DNA from: Octopus sinensis
Lineage: Eukaryota
DNA: 47,884 nt
NCBI RefSeq assembly: GCF_006345805.1
Contig: NW_021834490.1
Coordinates: forward strand, 1-47,884
Direction of reading: 5' to 3'
In this document: piece by piece, positions 11,031-23,950 of the stretch
Layout of the letters: each line of letters starts with the position of its first letter
Position numbering within the stretch: the first letter of the stretch is position 1
Notes under the pieces: model-generated
What the model was told of the DNA's origin: nothing
Databases searched by the model: none
The model's input: the letters and a program-made list of their open reading frames with translations, nothing else
Made by a program: the position numbers and the translations under genes

Positions 11031-12821
11031 GTTATGTATCTATCTAGTTCTGTGCCTCTATCTTGTTTTATTTTCGCGATAGGTGTCAAGTGAGAATTGG
11101 TATTGTTGGAGAGAAAGGTTAGATTTCGTTCAGAAGAAATGAAGCCAAAAAGATCTTTAAAAATACAAATAAAAGAACAAAAAAAAACAAACACGAGAAA
11201 AGAAAGGTAAATTGAAGAAAAACAGGGAAAAATGAAGCGAAAAATTAGAAAAACGGTAAAGGAACTTCATATAAATAAACTAAAAAGATAAAAAGAAAAA
11301 AAAAAAGGAAAAATTATTCAAGGAAATGAAAGAAATAAGCTCAAGAATGAAAGAAAGAATGAATATATGAATGAAGAATAAGAATGAGCCGAGAGACGTT
11401 GGATTTTCAATAGTATTATAATTTAATGCACAACAACAACAACAACAACAACGAGGAGGAGGACGACATCAGCCGCAGCAACAGCAACAAAAACAATGAC
11501 AACAGCAATAGGCAGTAATAAAAATATTATCAACAATAACAAGGACAACAACAACAACAAAGCAAAAGCAAAGACAGCAACATCAACAGCAGCAACATTA
11601 GTACAGGAAGGATAAAAGCAGTAACAACAACAACAACAACAGTAACACTTACAACATAACAATGACATGACTCCAACAACAACAACAACAACAACGACAA
11701 CACAGCACCAACGAGAGAAATCACGTCAGCAGCAACAACAGCAACATTGATAACAAAAAAATGTCAAAATCACAAAAATAAATGAAAATATATAAAAAAA
11801 AAAAGAATAAGATATGAAAAATGAATATATTGAAAAAAAGTAAGACTAGTAAAAAAAATAGTAACAACCACAAGAAGATAAGGAAGAAAGAAGAAAATGA
11901 GGAAGAAGAGAAAGAAGATGAAGATCTACAAAAAGAAGGAGAGAAGGAGGAAGAATACAAGGGAGATGAAGAACAACAAAAAGAAAGAGAATGAGAAGAA
12001 AAACGACGAAGAAAGATGATGAGGATGATGGTGGTGGTAGAGGTGCAGAAGTGACGGCAGCTCTGGTGGTGATAGTAGTGATGGTGGTGGTGGTGGCTGT
12101 GTTAGTGGGGTGCCGTTTTTAAGAACACATGTTCTCCTCACCCCCTCCACCAACACAAAAAAAAAGAATTCAGAAACTAAGAAACAGAAAATACGGAAAA
12201 CAAAAATAAAAAAAAAAGAAAACGAGAAACGCTAAAATACAAATCAACAGAAATAAACAACACCATTGATTTAAATTTGATCTCTGCATTTTCTGAAGTT
12301 TTAGGAAACAGCAACAAGAATATTGCTGTCTTTAATCACCAAAGGTTGACACAGCAGCAACAACAACAACAACAACAATAATAATAATAATAATAATAAT
12401 GGTTTGAGATGTTGCTTTGCTGGTGAGGTTTGGTGGCACTGGTTTTGGCTGGAGGTGAGTTGGTGGAGGATCAAGAATAAGAAATCACCGTTAGAGATTA
12501 TTCGGTTTGGAAGGAATTCATTTGCGTTGTTAATAGAGGTCGCCATTTTTGTTGCCTTAGCCAAGGGGCAGTTTCGAAAAAGAATGAAAAAAAGTGATTC
12601 AAAAGAGCCAAAAAAAAATTAATAAATAAAATAACGTAAGTTATAAAATTGGGAATAGTAACACCAACAATAACAACAAAATGAAAAAGTGTCTTATAAA
12701 GAAAAGAGAAAATACCAGTATTCTACAAGAATAAAAAGAAACAAACAATAATTTGTTTTATCCATATATGTGTATGTAAATAAACATAAGTAAGTTGGTT
12801 TTGTGCAAACATTATATACAA

Positions 12822-12856
<35 letters not shown>

Positions 12857-12861
<5 letters not shown>

Positions 12862-13133
12862 AGAGCCATATTTGATTGTACTCAAAACATACAAACACTT
12901 ATAAAATGTATGCATATGTACCTATGTGTATATTTTGGGGTTTACGTATATAAATCTATGAGCGTATACCTACCTACATACCTACATACATATACACACA
13001 CATACATACATATATATATATATATATGTATGTATGTATATATATATATATACATATAATTACATATATGTATATACATATATACACATATATACACATG
13101 CATATAAATACATATATATATATATATATATGC

Positions 13134-13174
<41 letters not shown>

Positions 13175-13469
13175 AGAACCATATTTGATTGTACTCAAAA
13201 CATACAAACACTTATAAAATGTATGTATAAGTACCTATGTGTATATTTTGGGGTTTACGTATATAAATCTATGAGCGTATACCTACCAACATACCTACAT
13301 ACATATACACACACATACATACATATATATATATATATATGTATGTATGTATATATATATATATACATATAATTACATATATGTATATACATATATACAC
13401 ATATATACACATGCATATAAATGCATATATATATATATATATATATATATGCATATATATATATATATC

Positions 13470-13500
<31 letters not shown>
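12857..13500. repeat. Tandem duplication, 313-bp period, bounded by (TA)n
   Basis: CCTTTAGAGCCATATTTGATTGTACTC at 12857 and CCTTTAGAACCATATTTGATTGTACTC at 13170. The following ~200 bp is nearly identical. Confidence 0.9.
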
Positions 13501-13997
13501 CGTATATTTTAACATATATGTATGTATAAATATGTGTACGTGTGTGTGTGAGTGTGCGTGTGTATAGATACACATATGTAAAAAATAAACAAATTATTTA
13601 GGGACACAGCGAGAGATGATTGAAAGAGAAAGAGAGGTTGAGAAACATGGAGAGAAGGGGGTTGAGAGAGGTGGTGGCGTAAAAGTAGACAGCCCCCGTA
13701 TCTGTTCAACCTTAGATTCTGAATGTTAAAAATCTTGCGGCTATTGACTATCCAGGGACAGGACATTGTTTTCAGATTCTTATAATGTTTTATTCTTGTT
13801 ATTATTGTTGGTGTTGAAGGTGTTGAGCAGAAAGTTTAGAGCGGCGGAAAGATTTTTTTGCGGTTCACGTTGTGAGTTCAGTTTCAATCGACATCAATTT
13901 TACCTTTCATCTTTTCGGGGGCGAATAAAATAAGTAAGAGTTGAGTCCTAAGTTTGTCTATCCTTGCTCACGTTGTGCCAAAATTGAAATTATTAAA

Positions 13998-14200
13998 GTG
14001 GCACAATCGTTAGCACGCCGGGCAAAATGCTTAGCGATATTTTATCTACAGCTACGTTTTGAGTTCAAATTCCGCCGAGGAAGACTTTGCCTTTCATCCT
14101 TTTGGGGTTGATAAATGAAGTACCAGTTATGCGCTGGGGTCGATGAAATCGACCGGCCACCTCCCCCAAATTTCAGGCCTTGTGCTTATAGTAGAAAGGA
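13998..14200 (+). mobile_element. SINE family A
   Basis: Head, B-box GAGTTCAAATTCC, core and tail ..CCTTGTGCTTATAGTAGAAAGG followed by ATT repeats. Confidence 0.88.
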
Positions 14201-14224
14201 TTATTATCATTATTATTATTATTA

Positions 14225-14935
14225 ACATTATTAAAACTCACTACTTATATTGCTGGGTAAGATGGAAAGTGTCAGCTGTCCACAGCCAGCCGACTAGGGT
14301 GACACTTGTTTACTGGTCATGCTTCAAGATACCTGCGAAGAATTCTCGCAATTCCAAGCAATGCTAATTTTCGTAGGTGTTCTACCTTCACACCTGCATC
14401 GATCTTTTTCAGTCATATTGGTAACTGAACGCTGATACTTCCAAGTGTACCAATTACAATTGGTATAACGTCTGCTTGCTTCTGTGACCACAGCCTTCCT
14501 ATTTCCCGCTTCAAATCGTCATAGTTGTTTATTTTTTCTTCTTCTTTCGCATTGATCCTATTATCACCGGAGCATGCTATGTTGATTATCGTACATGTTT
14601 TTGTTTTTTATCCACCACAACAAAGTCCGGTTACCGATGTCTGGTCACGTGATCACACTGGATCATTGCAACCCGCAGGATTTTGCAATTCTTATTTTCG
14701 CTGACTCCTACTGGGGTTTGCTGATACCACGTCTTTGTAGGCCGTGATTTCCACAGAATTCCCAATGGGCCGTTCTTGCCATATTGTCGTGGCGTCTTTT
14801 GTATTCGCGCTGTGCCAATTTCGGGCATTCGCTAACGATGTGCCACACCGTTTCACACCTCTCACCGCATATTCTACATTTGTCACTATCGGTAGTGTTG
14901 TGTATTCCGCACTTCATACAACTGGTCCTTAACGC
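14225..14935 (-). mobile_element. R4/Dong-clade non-LTR retrotransposon, 3' fragment (CCHC plus restriction-like endonuclease)
   Basis: CRICGERCETVWHIVSECPKLAQREYKRRHD, then a PD-containing motif with VVVDKK, and VIPIVIGTLGS..LALLGIARILRR. The 3' end runs into (AAT)n. Confidence 0.88.
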
Positions 14936-15044
14936 TTTTTCCTAAGTTGCGCATATGAGTGCTTCTGTCTCTATCTTCAGCTAACTCCTCCTCATCCATA
15001 GCCACCGCTCCTCTGTATCTGTCTTAGCGTTCACATCTCTTGCA

Positions 15045-15324
15045 ATTATTATCATAGTTATTCTGAAAGACTCTCGGATAGTTCTTAATTACCGGTTATT
15101 CATTTGAAAGCTAAACAAATCACCAAAGGTTTCAAATAGTACCTTCTCCTGTGACTCAAAGTGACTACTCACCTTAGAATGCAAACTGTGCCCAACAATG
15201 CTGTCTTTCAGATCACTTCGAGCCTGACAGCAGCTCAATATTCTTGATATGTTTTTCAAAGCCCTTGGGAACTGCTCCTAATGCTCCAATTACCACCGGT
15301 ATCACCATTACTTTCCTCATACCC

Positions 15325-15328
<4 letters not shown>
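15045..15328 (-). mobile_element. Short R4/Dong 3' fragment abutting (TAA)n
   Basis: Minus strand KVMVIPVVIGALGAVPKGFEKHIK, directly after the (AAT)n tract at 15329-15410. Confidence 0.75.
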
Positions 15329-15395
<67 letters not shown>

Positions 15396-16012
15396 TATTA
15401 TTATTATTGTTATTGCCATCGGTGTATCATACTGCACGTATACACACCGTCAGAAGTCAATGCTGTGGCATTGACTGACATAGAATGTTTCCATTGAATT
15501 TTTGTGTTAGAAACACAATACATGTCTGATCACAACAATCTTCGTCGCTACAGCCTCTCCTGAAAAAGACAGAAACGTGTCGCCTTCGTTGATGTTAATG
15601 CCTTGCACCCGATTCTCACCTGCTTAAACGAAATTCCAGCTTCTGTGTCCAGGGAACAGTAAAAGTCTACATGCATTGGCATTGCGGAAGCTTGGATTCG
15701 TACAGTAAAAGAAGTCCCTTCCTTCCTATACATCCTCACCGTAGACATTGACGGATCCCTCTCTGATAAGTGACTTCAAATCTAAAATGTACGCTGTACT
15801 GTATGTACTAATTTCAAAGACCATAATATATATTACTCCCTTAATTACCCAATTCACGTCATTATATTATAATTGGGTTTACTAGTACAAACAAAACACT
15901 GATATAATAAAGCGTTTAAAAGTGTAAATTCGTTTTGCCTTAATGAGATTAATTATAACCGTTGAAATGAATAATTTAAGCAATAAGGGCATATACAAAC
16001 ACAGAGCCAGAT

Positions 16013-16044
<32 letters not shown>

Positions 16045-16645
16045 ATGCACACACACATACACACGCATACACACACACTTTTAGACGGAGAGCATTGGAA
16101 GGAAACAGATATACAGACAGATATATAAGTAGAAGTTTGGATAGACATAAATACGTACACATGTAACCACATATACTATATGATAAGTAAAGTCTACCCC
16201 AGAAATTACCAGCATGGGGCAAACACTCCACCGGTGGAAACTGAGAGAACTGTGGTGGGGCATAGGATCCAAATATTACTTTTCTGTTTTTTAATGGAAT
16301 ATGAAGTTATGAAAATCTGTTTTGTCCCCCCACCCACCCCAGCATACTGCACCTATACTCAGCCTAGCCAAACCAATCCCTCTAGCCAAGCATACTTTTT
16401 GAAGACTGTTTGCTACAGTATAGCACTACACTGATGCTCCAGTATGGATGTTTCTTGTAGAAAAGTATATAATTATAAAATATTAAAAATAAGGTTGATT
16501 TTTTTCCAACCACTGGTAGGGGCATACATTTTTCTGGAAAGTAACAGTGGAGCCTTGGGGAAAATGGATTGGACAACACGGGCCTTAATGGTTCACCCCT
16601 CTCTCTCTCTCTCTCTACATGTATGTATGTATGTATGTATGTATG

Positions 16646-16677
<32 letters not shown>

Positions 16678-17285
16678 GGATATAAGGAGTTATCCTTAGG
16701 ATGACTCAAATTAATAAGCATGCGTTCTGAGTGCTCAAATAGGTGCGTCTCCATAATTCCAGTTTGAACAGCAGGTGGAGTTATGGCTATGCAATTACCT
16801 TGTTCAGAGCGGCTAAAGGTGGCTTCCTTTTGAGTCAGTAGGTATAGGTTAAAGTAGCGAGGAAAGGTAAACTATTAGGCAAGACATAACAAGGACATTT
16901 AATTTAATTTAATTTAATCTAATTTAGATACATAACCAACGGCAAAAAATAGTCTCCGACAGCTGTTTCTGGGATATCTCAGCTATTGGATCATCGATCG
17001 AAGACGCAGTTGGGCATTCCATCATCGGAGAGATATATGTTAATCAATTGAAGATAGTTCGTCATCAATGATATTGTTGTGGTTCATTATGTCCATGAAG
17101 GCGGAAGAGTTCAATTTAATCCTGTTAGATCAAATATTATTTAGGTAAATCCATGATCAGAAACGATGGTTAGCATGGTGAGAAGGACGAAATAATGGTT
17201 ATTCATTACTCCATAGTGAGGGGAAATGAATGCTAGCAGTTCCAAAGCTGTGCAAATACTGAGGGAATAAATAATACGTTCTGGT

Positions 17286-17318
<33 letters not shown>

Positions 17319-17319
17319 T

Positions 17320-17398
<79 letters not shown>

Positions 17399-17849
17399 AA
17401 AGAAAGATAGATAAGAGGTTTGTACTAGGAGTAATTTAGTGTAGGGAAATTAGAAGGTTAATATTAAGCAGGTCCAGTGGACTGCTTAATATTTCTCCAA
17501 CCCAAATCAGTAACTAGTTCATTTCTCCAATTGTGATGAAGTGGAACCCTCTTTTCACATCAATGTAGCATTAATCAGACCAATTATACTATATAGAATT
17601 TCGTTAACACGATCATGACTGAATAACTACACTATAGAAGAAAATAGCACTACATCTAACAAGGCATAACTACTCCCCTCATTTTACTTGGACTCTGCAT
17701 CTAAACCAAGATCTTCGATGCTATGAAAAAGTCCGTGAAGACCCTTCTGTCAGATTTATAAAGGGGTTAAAATAAATTGGGACGAAGCTCGCCCCAGCTT
17801 AAGTACATGTACTTCGAAACAGCATCGGCAAGAAACGTCTTTAAAAACA

Positions 17850-19625
17850 AAAATTGCTCGCTCTCGTGATTTAAATCGATCTTCTCAAAACCCTGAGAAT
17901 TGGCCAAAAGCTGCCAGAAGAGAGATCGAAACGAATGCAAACAAACGGCAGTCGCCATCACTAAACTCCCGTGTCTCTCCGTCGTATATGGCCGAGTCAA
18001 CAGAGATAACTGGAATATATTCAATTTAGAAAATACTTGGAACCATATTTCGGTAGAAAACTCTCCTACTTTTTCGAAACGGGCAATTCTTGACAAAAAA
18101 AAAAGTTCTTTAAAAAAAAGACAAAAAAACAAACAGCTCTAATTTTGAAAGATACAAAAGTTGTTGGTGGAGAGCACCTGGAATCATATGTGGTTAATTA
18201 CCAGAATATTAATACAGTTATGTATACAGCTGCTGTCATTCCTAAAGTAAACCTAGGAGAAATCTACAGTATACATGATAAAGAAACTACTAAACGGAAA
18301 CAAGCTAAATGGAAAACAAAAGTTGAAAATATCAACAACGTGGGCCACTATATTGGATGGTTAACCACGATAATGAAATGTAAGAGAAATAATGAGTTTT
18401 TGCCACATAAATTACATCTTATGAATAAATTAACAAAACTTTATGGTGTCTATTCACACAGTAAGCTCTTGAATGAAGCTTGATTATCCACGGACTCAGG
18501 ACGCTGAGCGAAAATCTTCACTGTCGCCAGAGAACGTTTGAAATAACCTGTAAATAATAAAGTTTACTTCTAACCCACATATATTATAGAGAATTGAGGA
18601 AGAGTAATATTACCATTAAAAGTAGCACTCCCAAGATCTTGAATAGTTCTGGTTGAAAATCAGGAATGAATAGAGGGATTTTAACCGTGATGTCTCGTGG
18701 CTAAATGCAATAAAGAGAGAATATTGTACCAACATCAATAGTAAATCACATGTATTTGATCCAGAAACTTTCACCACAGTTGTAGGCAAACCGCATAAAA
18801 CGGAGGCATCCAGAAGTGATCTAATAGCATGAAACTGGTACCATAGGCTGATATTTTACAGAAAACCTCTAATGTGTGTATTCAAAGAGTGTTTTGGAAA
18901 TTCAGATTGATATACGAAATTGGCTTGCTATTGGCTGGAAGAATGTTGTAGCCAAGAATAAAACCACCGAGTTGGCAGAAAATTCTAGACCCGGAAACAG
19001 TACACAAGCTGCCTCAACTAATTCCTCCAGGATCAACACGAGTCCAACGTATGATGAGCGGGCAGGTGGAAAGGAGTGAGTTTAGGGATGTACAGAAATA
19101 TTCTTACCGTAATTATTTACATTTTGGTATTAAATCCATTGTCATTCCATTAAATCCATTATTATTCCTGCTACAAAAATCGAAGGACCACATGCGAGGG
19201 TCTGCAACTACGAGAAACATTAATGTATTGCTGCAAGGGACATTAATGTAACCCTTTTTTCTTTTTTTTTTTTTTGTAGATAACGTCAAGTTTTATGTTA
19301 AAATTGTCAACAATGTCAAAAACAGTAGAAATGAATAACATTTTAAACTGAGAAGAATGGAATTAAGAAACGTTCACATTTTATTGTTGAACGGCAAAAA
19401 CCAGTCCTCTAGGCCTAGAACCTGAGCATCAATTGTCTCACTATCTCTACTCTCCCACAGAAAGAATGCTACAAGTCCGTAAGCATTGATGAAAACATAT
19501 ACAAAGGTACTATGAATAAAGATAGAGTGACCAGAGAATATTACGCCAGACTTAGAAAAATATGGCAGTCGTAACTCTCCTATTACATTAAGACAATATC
19601 CCACAATGCATTTCTACTAACAGTG
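17850..19625 (+). mobile_element. Heavily decayed R4/Dong reverse-transcriptase region
   Basis: Manual translations: INTVMYTAAVI..LG..KWKTKVEN; FWLKIRNE*RDFNRDVSWLNAIKREY; VVAKNKTTELAENSRP (compare LLPK..T..AKNYRP); CYKSVSIDENI..NKDRVTREYYARLRKIWQS*LS. Many stops, frameshifts and deletions. Confidence 0.7.
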
Positions 19626-20171
19626 CTGATTAGTGAGATTCCAACGATGGATCTTTGGATCTTTGTTAGAAACCAGTTACTTTATCAGAAGAAGAATTTA
19701 ACGAATTAAAACCAGAAGTGAGCACACATTCAGGCATAAAAATATGCAAGACTTTTTTCAAGTTCCAGATGTGAATTTGTCTGTGTTAACTACATTCCAA
19801 AGATGGAGCCTTGTATCTTTGTTGGAAACCGACTCCCACCTCAGAGGAAGATTTATAATAATTAAAAAATAGAAGAGACACACATAAATAAATACATACA
19901 TATATAGATATATACACACACGCATACAAACATAAATGCATAATGCTCACACACACACATACATATGTATCTCTGTGTCTTTCTGTTCGTCCCCTCACTC
20001 CTATCTTGACAACCTCTGTTGGTTTATTTACGTCTTCGTATCACAGCGGCTGCTCACAGTGACTAATAGAAAAATTACTAGGATTAAAAGTAACTTAAGT
20101 GCTACCGACCGCCTTGTTCGACTAAACCCATCTCGGTTGTAGCCAGCATGGTCTCACTTGAATGTTTGATG

Positions 20172-20217
<46 letters not shown>

Positions 20218-20638
20218 CAGAAACACACGCACGCACGCACACACATATATGTGTATGTTTATGTGCATATACATGCATACATACATATACATATATATAT
20301 ACATACATACATACTTACATACGTACATCAAAATTATTAATATATATTTCTTAGTAAATTAATTTAAACATACATACAAGTAACATTGATTAAATGTTCG
20401 GCTGAAATTCTTACCAATAAATCATTTTTTACGAATTCTTTTTATTTTATTTTCATATATATGTGTTAAGCGTTCTTTATTCGTTTTATATTACGAAAAA
20501 TTTAGCAAATTGATGGCCTTTTTGCTCATAATAACCAAACACACACTTCAGTTTGTAGCTATGTATGAATGTAGTGCACCTACATATGTACATACATACT
20601 TACACACATACGCACTCAGACACACACACACACATATC

Positions 20639-20704
<66 letters not shown>

Positions 20705-20745
20705 CATATATGTACACACGTGTATATATATAATGCATGTATTAT

Positions 20746-20778
<33 letters not shown>

Positions 20779-20791
20779 TGTGTGTGTACGT

Positions 20792-20830
<39 letters not shown>

Positions 20831-20967
20831 TGTGAGTGTGTGAAATCAATTCTGATTGTTTACATCGAAATTTTTCGGTTCCGAAAACAGACTTTTATAT
20901 TTTAACCACACACACGCCCAGATAGAGACAGACAGACAAAGAGAGAAAAAGAGCCAGAGAGATTGAT

Positions 20968-21135
<168 letters not shown>

Positions 21136-21837
21136 GGAGAGAGAGGGGGAGAGTGAGACAGACAGAGATACGTACACATGCACACACACATACACACCCT
21201 ACACGCACACACACACACACAAATACACACATGTATATACACTCTGTTTTTATATATAGAACGGGAATACACTATTTCTCCTCGCGTGGGATATATCTCA
21301 ATCTTTTTTCTTCTTCTTCTCCTCCTCCTTCTTCTCATTATTATTATTATTATTGTTATTAGTGTTGCTTTGCGCCTAACCGTTTTCTCAGTGTGTGTAT
21401 GCGCATGCTCGTGTGTGTACGCATGCGTGCATGTGTTTGTATGAGTATGCCTTTACGTCTATATGTTTTTTTATTTGTATGCTTTTATCTATGTCGAGCG
21501 CGTGTCTCGGCGAAAAGTGGAGGGTTTCTGGTATAAAATAATCACAAGTGTCAAAATAATTTCGCTAAATCTGTTACAAACCCTTGTCTGCCATGATGCC
21601 CGACCATGTATCAGTATTACATAGACACAGAAAAAACAACCGTCTCTAGGGGACAAGAAACCCAGCTAATATTACTGGTGATTGCAATTAGCCATTGGAG
21701 AAGGCTTCTAATTTCTTTAAAATTAAATTTTTTTAATATTTAATATCAGCATATTAAGCAGATACACGCGAACACGTGTGGCTATGTATGTATGAATGCG
21801 TGTATCTATAGGTGTATACATATACGAGCTTACATAT

Positions 21838-21838
21838 A

Positions 21839-21924
<86 letters not shown>

Positions 21925-21926
21925 TG

Positions 21927-21960
<34 letters not shown>
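21838..21960. repeat. Long (TA)n tract
   Basis: Direct reading. Many other (TA)n, (CA)n and (TG)n tracts occur across the window. Confidence 0.95.
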
Positions 21961-21963
<3 letters not shown>

Positions 21964-22223
21964 GTATATATACACACATATAGATATTTAGTAATATGTT
22001 AATATATTTACGTACACAGAGTGATCTATATATTAGTGTGCGTACACATTCACAAACACACACACATATATATGCATGTATGTATGTGTATATATATATA
22101 TACATACACATTTACACACATACATTCATGTACACGCTTGTTTTTTTCTTTAGAAACGATAAGAACGCTATGTATGAGGCAGATTATATATTCTTGTACG
22201 GAATTTTCTACTACTACTACTAT

Positions 22224-22264
<41 letters not shown>

Positions 22265-22407
22265 TTGTTTTTGTTGTTGCTGTTATGTTGTCTAAATTCT
22301 GATCAGTGTCGCAGGAATTTTCACCGTCTTTAAATCTATAATATATGTGTGCTGTGCGCGCGTGTACGTTTGCGTGTATGTATGTGTATATATTTGTTGT
22401 TGTTGTT

Positions 22408-22790
22408 GTTGTCGGCATCCTTTTGTCTCGGGAGACAATAGAGTTGTGCATAAACTAATCCAGTCCGGTTTTTACATTTCATGTCCTCTCCAGTTTTGCG
22501 CAGGCCTGGGCTAGATGTGAGAAAATCCTGGGTAGCCCAATCATCAGGAATCCTCTCTCGACCTTGCTGACATAGTCCAAAGGAGTGCAGTTCATTACGT
22601 TTGGCACCAGCTTGGTTGCAGGAGATGCCGCAAGAGTGTCGAGTCGAACACTAAACCGCCTACGAGGCTCCACTCCGGATTTCTTTGAAGGTTGTCTCCT
22701 TTCCGTAACCCTGGATAGGGGCCGATACCGGGTATTGTCAGCCGGAGCCAGCTGATCCCGGGACTCATGTCAGGCAGGGTCGTCACTCCC
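22408..22790 (-). mobile_element. Non-autonomous, internally deleted RTE-clade element (5' UTR joined to 3' tail)
   Basis: The minus-strand 3' end encodes SIVSRDKRMP followed by (ACA)n, an RTE-type C-terminus and tail. Upstream AAATCCGGAGTGGAGCC..CTCCTGCAACCAAGCTGGTGCCAAACGTA resembles RTE 5' UTRs as I recall them. No RT or endonuclease sequence lies between. Confidence 0.65.
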
Positions 22791-23243
22791 TGAAGTAGTG
22801 AAGAAAATTGCTACCTACTACCTACGTATATATATATATATGGAGTCCCATTTGTAGAAAATAGAAATAAACAGTCTTGACAGCTATTTCTAATTTTTCG
22901 GTATGCGGCCAAACAACCTGTTGCCTGCCCCATTTATTTATATACAATATATATACTGAACTTTACAGATGTTCCTACCGTTAATTGGTTATATTTACAT
23001 ACCGAATTCTACCAGTAAATAATTGTTGGTTTTAAAAACCATTATAGAAATTACTTACTCTTATTATTATATATATATAAATGTGTATGTGTGTTGTGTG
23101 TGTGCGTGTGCGTGTATTAATCGAGGTGTACAGTATTATATATTCATTATGGCCGATTTTACCAATTGGTTTCGCTGTAGAGGTTCAACAGAGTGTTGCA
23201 TAACTATCCGATTATGTAACGCTGCGCTTTTCAAAGATGGCAG

Positions 23244-23283
23244 ATATGGAATGAAATATGGCAACTGCTTTTCTTTGTTGGAG
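23244..23283 (+). CDS. Candidate exon 1 of a putative small-exon secreted-protein gene (IWNEIWQLLFFVG, ends in phase 1); alternative acceptor at 23237
   Basis: Perfect donor GAG|GTGAGT. Acceptors GCTTTTCAAAG| or GGCAG|. Encodes a hydrophobic, signal-peptide-like stretch. Confidence 0.4.
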
Positions 23284-23611
23284 GTGAGTAGACACAGTCT
23301 GTTTGTGGTTGCCTTGAAGAAGGTGATGAAATGAACCGAGTGTTAAGAGCTATGTCCCTTGGTACCAAAAACACCATCTCTAGGGTGAAAGAGAGAGAGA
23401 GAGACAAACAGAGACGACGTGGCCCAGTTCAACTGAAACTGTATACAGAGAGACAATACTATGTCACTTCTGATGTATTTCAAAGCCAACACAAAGTCCA
23501 CTCATGTTACAGTGAGGGATTTTTTGCAGGACTTGTCATAGGATGAAGCAAATATCTCAAGTTATTTCGTCCGATGCTCCAACGATTTTCTTGACTAGGT
23601 CTCATTATTGT

Positions 23612-23950
23612 TGTTTCCAATTTGGACACACGGCCTGCAATTTTGAGGAGACAGTATTTGTTGATTACATTGACTCTAGTATTTAAATCAGTAATTTCTT
23701 TTATCGACTTGGGGCTATGAAATACACACTTAAATTTGTGTTCGTCAGGATTTGAACTTAGAATGTAATGCACCTGAAGAAACACCACTAAACATGTTTA
23801 GCAGACTCTTTAGCACCTCACACGAAATGCTTCGCGGTTTTTCATCCGTCTTTACATTCTGAATTCAAATTCCACCGAGGTCGACTTAACCGTTCATCCT
23901 TTCGCGATAGATAAAATAAGTACCATTTAATCACTGAGATCAATTCAACC
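23612..23950. mobile_element. Two diverged SINE family A copies, head to head (23612-23818 minus, 23824-23950 plus)
   Basis: GGATTTGAACTTAGAATGT on the first copy and GAATTCAAATTCCACCGAGGTCGAC..TTCATCCTTTCG on the second. Confidence 0.7.

Noticed and set aside
8523-11194. Long ORFs, including the 307-aa ORF at 10065-10988
   Set aside because: Pure microsatellite translations (MYVC, poly-I, poly-L).
16700-17760. Possible decayed CR1/L2 endonuclease region on the minus strand
   Set aside because: Only faint motif echoes, not enough to call without an alignment.
20047-20142. Good acceptor followed by RLLTVTNRKITRIKS..
   Set aside because: No strong donor and no in-frame ATG for the downstream chain. 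It could still be a 5' UTR exon.
23180-23283. Ly6/three-finger-like CCITIRLCN in an alternative frame
   Set aside because: The spacing is CC-x5-CN rather than CC-x4-CN, the other cysteines are missing, and the frame hits a stop in exon 2.
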